A DNA stretch of 24,000 bases from Bacillus sp. V2I10. Its GTDB lineage: Bacteria > Bacillota > Bacilli > Bacillales > Bacillaceae. This document shows, in pieces, positions 1-8,081 of the stretch. The notes beneath the pieces are model-generated. The model was not told the origin of the DNA. It saw only the letters and a list, made by a program, of their open reading frames with translations, and searched no databases. The stretch is from positions 1,378,518 to 1,402,517 of the forward strand of contig NZ_JAUSYV010000001.1 in assembly GCF_030817055.1 (NCBI RefSeq), read 5' to 3'. A program made the translations under genes and the position numbers. The stretch's first letter is position 1, and each line of letters begins with the position of its first letter.

Positions 1-109
1 TGCAGGGTGGAAGAAGTCTGGTATTGGTGGAGCTGATGGAAAGCATGGGTTAGAGGAATATTTGCAAACCCATGTTGTGTATCTTCAACATAACCCGAAT
101 AAAAAATAA
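1..109 (+). CDS. aldehyde dehydrogenase family protein, C-terminal end only (gene starts upstream of the window)
   Basis: The frame from nt 2 reads AGWKKSGIGGADGKHGLEEYLQTHVVYLQHNPNKK, with TAA at 107-109. The G-x-K-x-SG-x-G...EY segment is the conserved ALDH C-terminus. Compare GGKKTSSIGPREQGSKALDFWLETKTVYI in the ALDH at 5635-7134. Confidence 0.65.
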   Translation, partial: AGWKKSGIGGADGKHGLEEYLQTHVVYLQHNPNKK

Positions 110-133
110 TGAATAGTAAAGAGAGGGATAAAG

Positions 134-1327
134 ATGGGAATAACAGGCCATAAAATTTCGTCCATCCGAGCATACGTCGTAGAGGGTGGTGGTGCCGATT
201 ATCATGATCAGGGCCAAGAACATTGGATTGTTCAACAAATCTCTACTCCGATGAGTATTTACCCTGAATATAAGGAAACTCGTACTAGCTTTGGTATCAA
301 TGCTTTAAAAACTATTGTGGTCGAAGTAGAAGCTGATAATGGCGTAGTAGGTTTTGGTATTTCTACTGGAGGTTATCCTGCTGCCTGGTTAGTTATGAAT
401 CATTTGGATCGTTTCATTGTGGGTCAACCTGTAGAAAATGTGGAAAAAATGTGGGATCAAATGTATCGTGCTTCCATGTATTATGGACGAAAAGGGATCG
501 TGATGAATGCCATTTCTGCTGTAGATTTGGCTTTATGGGATTTATTGGGACGTCTACGCGAAGAGCCTATCTATTCGATGATTGGTGGAAAGGTACGCGA
601 AGAGCTAGAATTCTATGCGACAGGACCTCGTCCGGACTTGGCAAAAGAAATGGGGTTTATTGGTGGTAAATTACCGCTTGTCTACGGTCCTGCTGACTCG
701 GAAGAAGGGTTAAAGAAAAATTTAGAACAGGCTGCTGAAATGAGGAATCGTGTAGGAAAAGACTTTTGGTTAATGTGGGATTGCTGGATGTCATTAGACC
801 TTCCGTATGCTCAAAAGTTAATGCAAGGGTCTGAAGATTTAGGATTCAAATGGGTGGAGGAATGCTTCAATCCTGATGACTATTGGAGCTATCGTGATTT
901 AAAGAAACGTGCTGGGAACAACATAATGGTGACAGGCGGAGAACATGAAGCAACCCGTTACGGATTCCGCTTATTAATGGAGTATTGCGATTTGGATATT
1001 ATACAGCCTGACGTTGGTTGGTGTGGCGGTTTAACTGAACTCATTAAGATTGGTAACTTGGCAGAAAGCTATGGAAAGTTAGTTATTCCACATGGCAGCG
1101 GAGTCTATAGTCATCATTATGTTACTACGAAAGTAAACAGCCCATTTACAGAGTACTTAGTCATGAGTCCAGATGCGGACCATATCGTTCCTCAATATTA
1201 TCCACTTATCAAAGATGAGCCAATTCCAGTGAATGGTAAATTAAAAGTTAGCGATGCACCAGGATTTGGTGTGGAATTAAATAGAGAAGCAGGATTGGTA
1301 GAGGTAGTAAAAGGTCAGAAGTTATAA
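134..1327 (+). CDS. rhmD: L-rhamnonate dehydratase-like enzyme (enolase superfamily, mandelate racemase/muconate lactonizing subgroup)
   Basis: 397-aa ORF with RBS GAGAGGG upstream. Long blocks match E. coli RhmD/YfaW as I recall it: DYHDQG..HWI, TPMS.Y, SFGIN, VVEVEA.NG, FYATGPRPDLAKEMGFIGGK, DFWLMWDCWMS, MVTGGEH, IQPDVGWCGGLTEL, PHGSGVYSHH, PGFGVELNR. Confidence 0.85.
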   Translation: MGITGHKISSIRAYVVEGGGADYHDQGQEHWIVQQISTPMSIYPEYKETRTSFGINALKTIVVEVEADNGVVGFGISTGGYPAAWLVMNHLDRFIVGQPVENVEKMWDQMYRASMYYGRKGIVMNAISAVDLALWDLLGRLREEPIYSMIGGKVREELEFYATGPRPDLAKEMGFIGGKLPLVYGPADSEEGLKKNLEQAAEMRNRVGKDFWLMWDCWMSLDLPYAQKLMQGSEDLGFKWVEECFNPDDYWSYRDLKKRAGNNIMVTGGEHEATRYGFRLLMEYCDLDIIQPDVGWCGGLTELIKIGNLAESYGKLVIPHGSGVYSHHYVTTKVNSPFTEYLVMSPDADHIVPQYYPLIKDEPIPVNGKLKVSDAPGFGVELNREAGLVEVVKGQKL

Positions 1328-1339
1328 AAATAAAAAAGG

Positions 1340-1367
1340 GAGATGAAAAACGGCTATTTTTCATCTC
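1340..1367 (+). terminator. AT-rich hairpin directly after the dehydratase stop (possible weak terminator)
   Basis: gagatgaaaaa (1340-1350) is the perfect reverse complement of tttttcatctc (1357-1367), with a 6-nt loop. There is no clean U-tract after the stem. Confidence 0.35.
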
Positions 1368-1421
1368 TCATAAAATTAAAACGATATATATTATTATAAC
1401 GAAAAATCAGATCAAAAACGA

Positions 1422-1449
1422 CTGAATCCTCTAAAAATAGAGGATTCAG
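1422..1449. other. perfect 11-bp stem hairpin between the dehydratase and the permease
   Basis: ctgaatcctct (1422-1432), loop aaaaat, then agaggattcag (1439-1449). Its function (terminator or attenuator versus operator) cannot be resolved from sequence. Confidence 0.4.
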
Positions 1450-1507
1450 ATACTAGAAGATTAGAGTTATGTGAATTAGATTCAAACACCCGAAAATTGT
1501 CAGTTAA

Positions 1508-1522
1508 TTGAAAGCGTTTTCT
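1508..1522. promoter_or_regulatory. candidate catabolite-responsive element (cre, CcpA site) upstream of the MFS permease
   Basis: TTGAAAGCGTTTTCT fits every constrained position of the B. subtilis cre consensus WTGNAANCGNWNNCW. It lies about 90 nt upstream of the ATG at 1612. Confidence 0.45.
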
Positions 1523-1611
1523 GTGATTAAAACAGGATATAAAGCCAAAAATACGAATTTTTATAACTAAACACATACAAGTAGCCCATTTCAAATAAAG
1601 GGGGATTTTCT

Positions 1612-2913
1612 ATGAGTGAGAACAAAGTGCATGCACAGCGATGGTGGCGCGTTCTTCCATTACTATTTTTAATGTACGCAATTGCCAATATTGATCGTAA
1701 CAATATAGGGTTTGGTTTTGCTGGAATGGAGGAAGATTTAGGAATTGGTGCAACCTATGCAGGTCTTGCTGCAGGTATTTTCTTCTTTGGTTATATGATA
1801 TTACAAGTTCCTGGTGGTCATCTAGCGAAAAAATGGAGTGCAAAGAAATTTATTGCCTGGTCACTTTTTGCGTGGGGAATAGCAGCCACGTCAATGGGCT
1901 TTGTAAATAGTTTACCAATGCTCCTTATTGTTCGGTTCTTAGTTGGGGTGACAGAAGGCGGTGTCTGGACTGCAACGCTAATCTTAATCTCTAAGTGGTT
2001 CCCATTAAAGGAACGTGCCCGTGCAAATGCTATTTTTATTATGTGTACACCATTCGCTGCCATTATCATGTCACCAATGTCTGGTTTTCTTTTGGACCAA
2101 TTTGACTGGCGAGGTATGTTTATCATTCAGGGACTGTTGCCATTTATATTTCTTCCATTTTGGCTGTGGTTACTTGCAGAAAAACCAAATGAAGCAAAAT
2201 GGATTTCCAAGGAAGAGAGGGATTATTTAGAAAAAACAATCGCAGAAGAACAGCAAGACGAAAAAGGAGTTACTGTAAGTTTTCGAGAAGTTTTTAAAAA
2301 TAAAAGTTTCTGGTTGCTTATGGGTTTTTATTTCCTGATACAGATGGGGTTCTATGGATTTTCTTTATGGTTGCCAACTATTACAAAACAATTATCAGGT
2401 GGAAGCGATACTTTAGTTGGTCTTTTAACAGCCTTACCATGGCTAGCTTCCATAGTAGGGTTAATACTTTTCCCTCGATATAGTGATAAACATGAAAAGC
2501 GTAAAGGACCAATCGCTTTATCAGTTGGAGGTGGAGCCACGTTCTTGCTGTTATCGGCATTACTTGGCAACGTAAACACAACACTTTCCTTTATTTGTTT
2601 AATTCTATGTATGGGCTTTTTATTGGGATACCTGGGGATTTTTTGGGTCATACCACCAAAAATTCTTCCTGATAGGTTAGTAGGAGCTTCACTTGGCGTT
2701 ATAAATATAGCCGGGGCTCTTGGTGGATTCTTAGGACCATTCCTCGTAGGGTATATAGCATCTTTAACTGGTGTTGCAATGTCTGGTATGTTCTTCCTAG
2801 TAGCTGCACTTTATATTGCGACATTTTTAATACTAATTGTAAAGGACGAAAAACAACAGATTAAATCCCGTGAGATTATTACTGGTTATAGTGATGTAAA
2901 AGAAGGGATTTAA
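1612..2913 (+). CDS. MFS transporter, anion:cation symporter (ACS) type, sugar-acid permease-like
   Basis: 433-aa ORF with RBS AAAGGGGG about 8 nt upstream. About 12 hydrophobic segments. The N-terminus (RWWRVLPLLFLMYAIANIDRNNIGF, then GYMILQVPGGHLAKKWSAKK) is typical of hexuronate/galactonate/rhamnonate-type MFS carriers. It sits next to a sugar-acid dehydratase. Confidence 0.85.
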   Translation: MSENKVHAQRWWRVLPLLFLMYAIANIDRNNIGFGFAGMEEDLGIGATYAGLAAGIFFFGYMILQVPGGHLAKKWSAKKFIAWSLFAWGIAATSMGFVNSLPMLLIVRFLVGVTEGGVWTATLILISKWFPLKERARANAIFIMCTPFAAIIMSPMSGFLLDQFDWRGMFIIQGLLPFIFLPFWLWLLAEKPNEAKWISKEERDYLEKTIAEEQQDEKGVTVSFREVFKNKSFWLLMGFYFLIQMGFYGFSLWLPTITKQLSGGSDTLVGLLTALPWLASIVGLILFPRYSDKHEKRKGPIALSVGGGATFLLLSALLGNVNTTLSFICLILCMGFLLGYLGIFWVIPPKILPDRLVGASLGVINIAGALGGFLGPFLVGYIASLTGVAMSGMFFLVAALYIATFLILIVKDEKQQIKSREIITGYSDVKEGI

Positions 2914-2946
2914 TACGAAAATTTTTTTATAAGAGCATAGGGTTAT

Positions 2947-2990
2947 ACAGCCTATGCTTTATATCCTTTATAAAGCATAGGCTGTTTTAA
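2947..2990 (+). terminator. rho-independent terminator of the permease gene
   Basis: acagcctatgctttat (2947-2962) pairs perfectly with ataaagcataggctgt (2970-2985). The loop is 7 nt and TTTT follows the stem. Confidence 0.8.
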
Positions 2991-3211
2991 GTGAAGTCGA
3001 TATTTCTAACTAACAAGGCAGAGAATAACATGATTGTTTTCAGTTTCAAAAGTTCCTTATTGTTTTTTGGTAAATATCACTCTTGTTAGATAGGCCTAGT
3101 CTGCTTTATAAAGGTAAAGGAAATCTTTATCTCCTTTTGAATAAATAGCTATTATACAAATATTCAATTCTGTAAATCTACAAAAGATACAAAAGAAATT
3201 TCCAGGCAATA

Positions 3212-3385
3212 TTAGTTTCTTTTTAAATAAAATATGGAAACTTCAATTCTCTTACACTGCCACGGTACGATTGGGAGTGGTATTTTGTATACAAAGCCCA
3301 CTGAAGCAGGAATGACGAACTTTCCTTCTGACCCTGCCACAAATGCTTTCATCAGCGAGTTCAATCCATCTCTAAATAATGTCAC
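3212..3385 (-). pseudogene. 57-codon coding-like remnant or orphan small ORF (GTG start)
   Basis: The minus strand reads VTLFRDGLNSLMKAFVAGSEGKFVIPASVGFVYKIPLPIVPWQCKRIEVSIFYLKRN. GAGGG lies 6 nt before the GTG. The segment looks locally GC-richer than its AT-rich surroundings (by eye). It is below the ORF-track cutoff and I recognise no family. Confidence 0.25.
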
Positions 3386-3462
3386 CTAAAGCCCTCGAAT
3401 ATTGTTTTGATGTTAACCCTTATTGAAATACATCTTACTTGACTACTGATATATGTTATATG

Positions 3463-3503
3463 ATTAACAGTTAACATAATACAGATTATAAACAGTCAAT
3501 AAC
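3463..3503 (+). repeat. dispersed repeat, copy A (diverged)
   Basis: attaacagttaacataatacagattataaacagtcaataac shares the core ACATAATACAGATTATAAACAG with copies at 14813-14859 and 20615-20663. Confidence 0.5.
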
Positions 3504-3550
3504 AACCATCTATGATTGTTTAAGACAAGTTTTGTTAGAAAAATCCGTAC

Positions 3551-3583
3551 AAAAAAGGGGTGATTTACACCTCTTTTTCTTTA
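3551..3583. terminator. bidirectional rho-independent terminator inside the ORF-free gap
   Basis: aaggggtg (3555-3562) pairs with cacctctt (3568-3575), including one G-U pair. The loop is 5 nt. An A-run lies upstream and a T-run downstream. Confidence 0.6.
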
Positions 3584-3917
3584 TATCAAGTTTTCCTCAC
3601 CTGTTTCAATGGCAGTCTTTCTTATTTTCTTCTTAATGATTGACGGTCCTCACTTCTTGGTTCATTTATCACCTCCCTTTCAGAAGCAACTTATACCTTC
3701 ACAGCTACCGTAATACTGCCTTTTATTGTAAGAAGGAATTCATACTAAAAAAGCGAAATTTTAAATACTGCTTTGATTTAATAAAGGTAAATAAATAGAA
3801 GATTTTGCTTTAATAAATCGCAAGTCACCTATTGCTTTTTGATGCCTTTTACGTATTCTATTGTTTCAAAAAAATGCATTAAGGAAAGCTATTAATTAAT
3901 TAAAAAGGAGTTATCCT

Positions 3918-5525
3918 ATGCAAATAATTCAAGAAAAAATGTCGCGACTCTTTGAAATTAATCGTAGTCTAACTCAATCCCTTCATTTAGAGGATGTCCT
4001 GAAAAAGTTAGTGGAGGCTGCGTTTGATTTAATGAATAATGCCGATACCATCATACTTTACAATTTGAAGGAAGATGGCTTACTTCATTTTGCCCAAGGT
4101 GTGGGGGTGAATGAAAAAGTGATGTGTCATGTGAAGTTCGAACCTGGAGAATCATTAACAGGTAAAGTATTTCTTTCTAAAAAAGGTGTTATTTGCTCTG
4201 GAGAAGATATAAAGGTGCATATGAACAGCATGTCTAAAACAAATTATGATTTCTTTTTTAAAGGAATATATCAGCGAGAGGTAAAGAGTGGAATAGTTGT
4301 ACCGCTTTTGTATAAGGAGGATTGTATCGGCGTTCTAGTTGTTGATAATTTTAATGAGAATAACGTTCAATTTTCTCAAGCTGAGATTCAAATTATTGAG
4401 ATTATTGCCGATCAAGCGGCTATTGCGATTATGAATTCAAAGCTATATCACCAAGTGAAAAGCAAAAATGAGGAATTAAGCTATTCGCTGGATGTCCATA
4501 GAAAATTCACTAAAATTCTTCTCGAAGGAAAGGGATCGAAGTTTATACTTGATACCATTAGCCGAATCCTCAGCACTTCAGTTACCTATTCAGAATCTAA
4601 AAATAATCACCCTTATTTCTTCCCAATAATTAATTCGAATGAAGTATTTGGTTACTTAGTGCTTCTTAAACCAATTGAAAGTTTGTCTAACATCCAGAAA
4701 TCAGCTTTGGAACACGCTGCCACAGCTATGGCTCTTGAATTTGTAAAACAGAATACTTTGTTTGAAAAAGAATTACATGTAAGAGAAGAAATGTTTCAAG
4801 AAATAATAAGTGGCATCCGTGCGGAATCGGGTTTAAAAATCATGAAAAAATTCAAGTTTCATGAAAATAGTAAGATAGCATGTATGATTGTGGATAGTAA
4901 GGATGGTTATCTTTGGGATATGGACACGATTTTACAAAAAGAAAATTTAATTCGTTCTATTGAAAAAAACCTTTTAAAATACTGCAAAACAAATGTCGTC
5001 TTTACGAAGGCTTTCCAATTGGTCATCCTACTTTCACCCGAGAGGAATCTGAACTATAAAAAGTTGGCTGAAGACATTGAAGAAGGGATTATTAACAAAA
5101 ACCAGTCGATTGCTATTGGAATGGGCAGAGATGTTCCTATATCAGAAATAGCAGATTCCTATAAAGAGGCAACTGAAGCTGTTGCTTTTTGCAAAAGTTT
5201 AAAGAATAAAAAGTTTGTAACCTATTCAGAGTTAGGAGTGGAAAGGCTTTGGTTAAATACTAACCCATTCCTCTTGAGAAAGTTTGCACACGATAAAATA
5301 GGAAGGCTATTAGAGATGGAGAAAGAGTATATCACCACATTGAACGTTTTCATTTCCAATAATAAAAGTCACAAAAGAACAGCTGCCTCGTTACATATTC
5401 ACCCCAATACACTAGCATATAGGCTTAAGAAAATAGAGAGGAGACTAGGTATCGACTTCCATTGTGAAGAAGATTGGATAAACATTGTTCTTGCATTACA
5501 GATTTCAGATTATTTAAACTGTTAA
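3918..5525 (+). CDS. PucR/CdaR-family transcriptional regulator with N-terminal GAF sensor domain
   Basis: 535-aa ORF with RBS AAAGGAG. The N-terminal ~170 aa look like a GAF domain (LEDVLKKLVEAA..., GESLTGKV..., IVVPLLYKEDCIGVLVVDN..., IADQAAIAIMNSKLY). The C-terminus carries the PucR-type HTH (HKRTAASLHIHPNTLAYRLKKIERRLGIDF). Confidence 0.85.
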   Translation: MQIIQEKMSRLFEINRSLTQSLHLEDVLKKLVEAAFDLMNNADTIILYNLKEDGLLHFAQGVGVNEKVMCHVKFEPGESLTGKVFLSKKGVICSGEDIKVHMNSMSKTNYDFFFKGIYQREVKSGIVVPLLYKEDCIGVLVVDNFNENNVQFSQAEIQIIEIIADQAAIAIMNSKLYHQVKSKNEELSYSLDVHRKFTKILLEGKGSKFILDTISRILSTSVTYSESKNNHPYFFPIINSNEVFGYLVLLKPIESLSNIQKSALEHAATAMALEFVKQNTLFEKELHVREEMFQEIISGIRAESGLKIMKKFKFHENSKIACMIVDSKDGYLWDMDTILQKENLIRSIEKNLLKYCKTNVVFTKAFQLVILLSPERNLNYKKLAEDIEEGIINKNQSIAIGMGRDVPISEIADSYKEATEAVAFCKSLKNKKFVTYSELGVERLWLNTNPFLLRKFAHDKIGRLLEMEKEYITTLNVFISNNKSHKRTAASLHIHPNTLAYRLKKIERRLGIDFHCEEDWINIVLALQISDYLNC

Positions 5526-5581
5526 TTGTGGAGAGATACAATAATTAATAAAGATTTTTGTTTACTAACATGTATACTGAA

Positions 5582-5601
5582 AAAATTCTGAATTTTATAA
5601 T
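5582..5601 (+). promoter_or_regulatory. 7-1-7 palindrome abutting a TATAAT box upstream of the ALDH gene (candidate operator plus -10)
   Basis: AAAATTC t GAATTTT (5582-5596) is a perfect inverted repeat. TATAAT lies at 5596-5601, 34 nt before the ATG at 5635. There is no good -35, as expected for an activator-dependent promoter. Confidence 0.3.
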
Positions 5602-5634
5602 TAGTGTAACTTTTTATAAGAAGGAGAGATTCAG

Positions 5635-7134
5635 ATGGCTATTCATGTTAATAACAAAAGCAGTATCACAGAAAATGGTCAGAATATTAAAACGTATAAA
5701 AACTATATTAATGGTGAATGGGTTACGTCGGTTACGGGGGAAACATACCATAGCCTTAATCCTGCGAATACTGAGGAAGTATTAGGCTATTTTCAAAAAT
5801 CAAACCAAATCGATGTTCAAAGAGCAGTAGAAAGTGCTAAAAAAGCTTTCCCTGCATGGGCAAGTACTTCACCTATTAGCCGTGGTGATGTTCTGTTTCA
5901 ATTAATCTACTTATTAGAGCAAGAAAAGGAAATCCTTGCAGAAATTATTACGAAAGAAGTAGGGAAAACAATTGCAGCTTCTCGTAATGAAGTGAAAGCG
6001 ACGATACTTGCATTAAAGCATTTTTCTGGAGAAGCAAACCGCTTATCAGGTGAAACGGTTCCTGCGATAGATCCAAATACTTTTGCCTGTACAATTCAGG
6101 AACCGCTAGGAGTAGTCGCTGTGGTAACACCATTTAATTTCCCACTCGGTATTGCTATTTATAAAATTGCCCCATCTATGTTGGCTGGAAATACGATTAT
6201 ATATAAACCAGCAAGCGACACATCTCTCATTGCTGTGAAAATTGTTGAGTTATTCGTAAAGGCAGGTATGCCGAAGGGTGTTCTGAACTTGATTACAGGG
6301 CCTGGTTCCATTGTTGGTGAGGAGTTTGGCACCAATCCCGATATCAAAGCAGTTTCATTTACAGGATCTTCTGATGTAGGAATACATCTTGGAAAACTGG
6401 TAACTTCCCGTGGAGGAAAAATGCAGGCTGAAATGGGAGGGAAGAATGCCACAATTATTCTGGAAGATGCAAATATAGAGGAAGCAGTTAAGAGTATTGT
6501 CATCAGTGGCTTTTATAATAACGGGCAAAGCTGTACAGGGACAAGCCGTGTTATTGTCCCACGAACTATCTCACAGAAGGTAATTGACCTTTTAGTAGAG
6601 AAGGCTAAACAGATTAATGTTGGGGATGGTTTTATAGAAAGAAATGATAATGGTGCAGTAGCAAATAAGCATCAATTAGACACATACCTTTATTATGTAA
6701 ATAGTGCTATTTCTGAAGGGGCTGTTCTTGAATATGGTGGTAATCAACTAACAGATGGAGATAAATCGAAAGGTTATTTTGTTGCTCCAACTGTTTTTAG
6801 CAAGGTAACAAAGGATTTCACTATTGCGAAAGAAGAAATTTTTAGCCCTGTAGTTGCGGTAATGGAAGTAGACAACTATGAGGAGGCCATAGAGCTTGCG
6901 AATGATACTGTGTTTGGATTGTCTTCTGCAATCTTTACAAATGATCTTCAAAAGGCATTCTACTTTATTCGGAAGATTGAAACTGGTGTGACCCATGTTA
7001 ATATTCCATCCAATCATTATGAGAATCAACTTCCTTTTGGCGGGAAAAAAACTTCGAGCATTGGTCCTCGAGAACAAGGTAGCAAAGCATTGGATTTTTG
7101 GCTCGAAACAAAAACCGTCTATATTAAACCATAA
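5635..7134 (+). CDS. NAD(P)-dependent aldehyde dehydrogenase
   Basis: 499-aa ORF with RBS AAGGAGAG. ALDH hallmarks are present: YINGEWV, FPAWA, VVTPFNFP, FTGSSDVG, the catalytic Glu context AEMGGKNA, the catalytic Cys context NNGQSCTGTSR, EEIFSPV and PFGGKKTSSIG. Confidence 0.9.
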   Translation: MAIHVNNKSSITENGQNIKTYKNYINGEWVTSVTGETYHSLNPANTEEVLGYFQKSNQIDVQRAVESAKKAFPAWASTSPISRGDVLFQLIYLLEQEKEILAEIITKEVGKTIAASRNEVKATILALKHFSGEANRLSGETVPAIDPNTFACTIQEPLGVVAVVTPFNFPLGIAIYKIAPSMLAGNTIIYKPASDTSLIAVKIVELFVKAGMPKGVLNLITGPGSIVGEEFGTNPDIKAVSFTGSSDVGIHLGKLVTSRGGKMQAEMGGKNATIILEDANIEEAVKSIVISGFYNNGQSCTGTSRVIVPRTISQKVIDLLVEKAKQINVGDGFIERNDNGAVANKHQLDTYLYYVNSAISEGAVLEYGGNQLTDGDKSKGYFVAPTVFSKVTKDFTIAKEEIFSPVVAVMEVDNYEEAIELANDTVFGLSSAIFTNDLQKAFYFIRKIETGVTHVNIPSNHYENQLPFGGKKTSSIGPREQGSKALDFWLETKTVYIKP

Positions 7135-7166
7135 AAATCTTTATGATTAGTAAGGAAGTGGATGAA

Positions 7167-8027
7167 ATGAAAAACATAGGAATAATTGGTTGTGGCGCTA
7201 TGGGGAAAGGGATTGCCAAGAATCTTGTAAATAAGGGTTATAAAGTGTTCGCTTATGATCGTAATCAAAGTGTATTAGAAAAATGTGTGGAACTAGGGGT
7301 ACATCCAGAAAACTCACCATTTGAAGTGGGAGAAAAAACCGAATTGGTGATTACTTCGTTACCTGGGCCGAGTATTGTGGAAGAAGTTTTGCTAGGTGAA
7401 AATGGAGTCTATTCATCTATAAAGCCTGGCAGTTTTGTATTGGATATGAGCACAATCGATCCAAAGACAGCAAAGAATTTATATAAGAAAGCAAAGGATA
7501 AGGACATCCATTTTTTTGACTGCCCATTGAGCGGAGGTCCAAAAGGTGCTGATCAGGGAAATTTGACAATCATGGTCGGTGGGGATGAAGAATATTTAGC
7601 AGACATTAATCCAGTCCTGGAAAGTGTGGGTAAAGATATATTCGTGCTTGGCTCTTCTGGTTCAGGTCAGGTGGCTAAGTTGTGTCATAATATGCTGGTT
7701 GCTTCTATTACAGCAGGATTAGGAGAGGCATTTGCAGTAGGAGAAAAGGCAGGTATTTCCCGAGCACAGCTGGCAGATGTCATTCAAAGTGGCTCTGCAC
7801 ATAATCGAGTTTTATCAGTGTTTGGAGAGAATATACTTGAAAATACCTATGGGAATGTGCTTTTCAGCCTGTCACATATGAATAAGGATATCCATTTATT
7901 CACGGAAACAGCCAAGCATTTCAACCAAGATTCACCTATTGGAATATTAGTGAGTAACATCTACCAAAAAGCCATAGATCAAGGAAAAGGAGAGCTGGAT
8001 ACTTCAGCAGTATGTCAATCTGTTTAA
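7167..8027 (+). CDS. beta-hydroxyacid dehydrogenase (3-hydroxyisobutyrate / tartronate-semialdehyde reductase family)
   Basis: Start chosen at ATG 7167, with RBS AAGGAAGTGG at 7152-7161; the track start at 7143 has no RBS. Rossmann motif IGIIGCGAMGKGIA, plus DCPLSGGPKGADQGNLTIMVGG and GSGQVAKLCHNML (conserved Lys). Confidence 0.85.
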   Translation: MKNIGIIGCGAMGKGIAKNLVNKGYKVFAYDRNQSVLEKCVELGVHPENSPFEVGEKTELVITSLPGPSIVEEVLLGENGVYSSIKPGSFVLDMSTIDPKTAKNLYKKAKDKDIHFFDCPLSGGPKGADQGNLTIMVGGDEEYLADINPVLESVGKDIFVLGSSGSGQVAKLCHNMLVASITAGLGEAFAVGEKAGISRAQLADVIQSGSAHNRVLSVFGENILENTYGNVLFSLSHMNKDIHLFTETAKHFNQDSPIGILVSNIYQKAIDQGKGELDTSAVCQSV

Positions 8028-8081
8028 CCACTCATAACTAAGTGGAAATTTTGCTTGGATGAAAAAGGGGCGTGTAAAGAT

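Noticed and set aside
2934-2985. Three copies of the agcatagg/cctatgct motif could form alternative hairpins (2934-2941 with 2951-2958, versus 2947-2962 with 2970-2985), suggesting an attenuator.
   Set aside because: The structure lies at the 3' end of the permease gene with no downstream gene to regulate. The 16-bp terminator stem would strongly dominate the 8-bp alternative. A simple terminator is the more economical reading.
3030-3089. A 19-aa hydrophobic micro-ORF (MIVFSFKSSLLFFGKYHSC), considered as a possible type I toxin.
   Set aside because: Its RBS is weak or absent. I saw no antisense-RNA-like complementary repeat nearby. A frame this short is expected by chance in AT-rich DNA.
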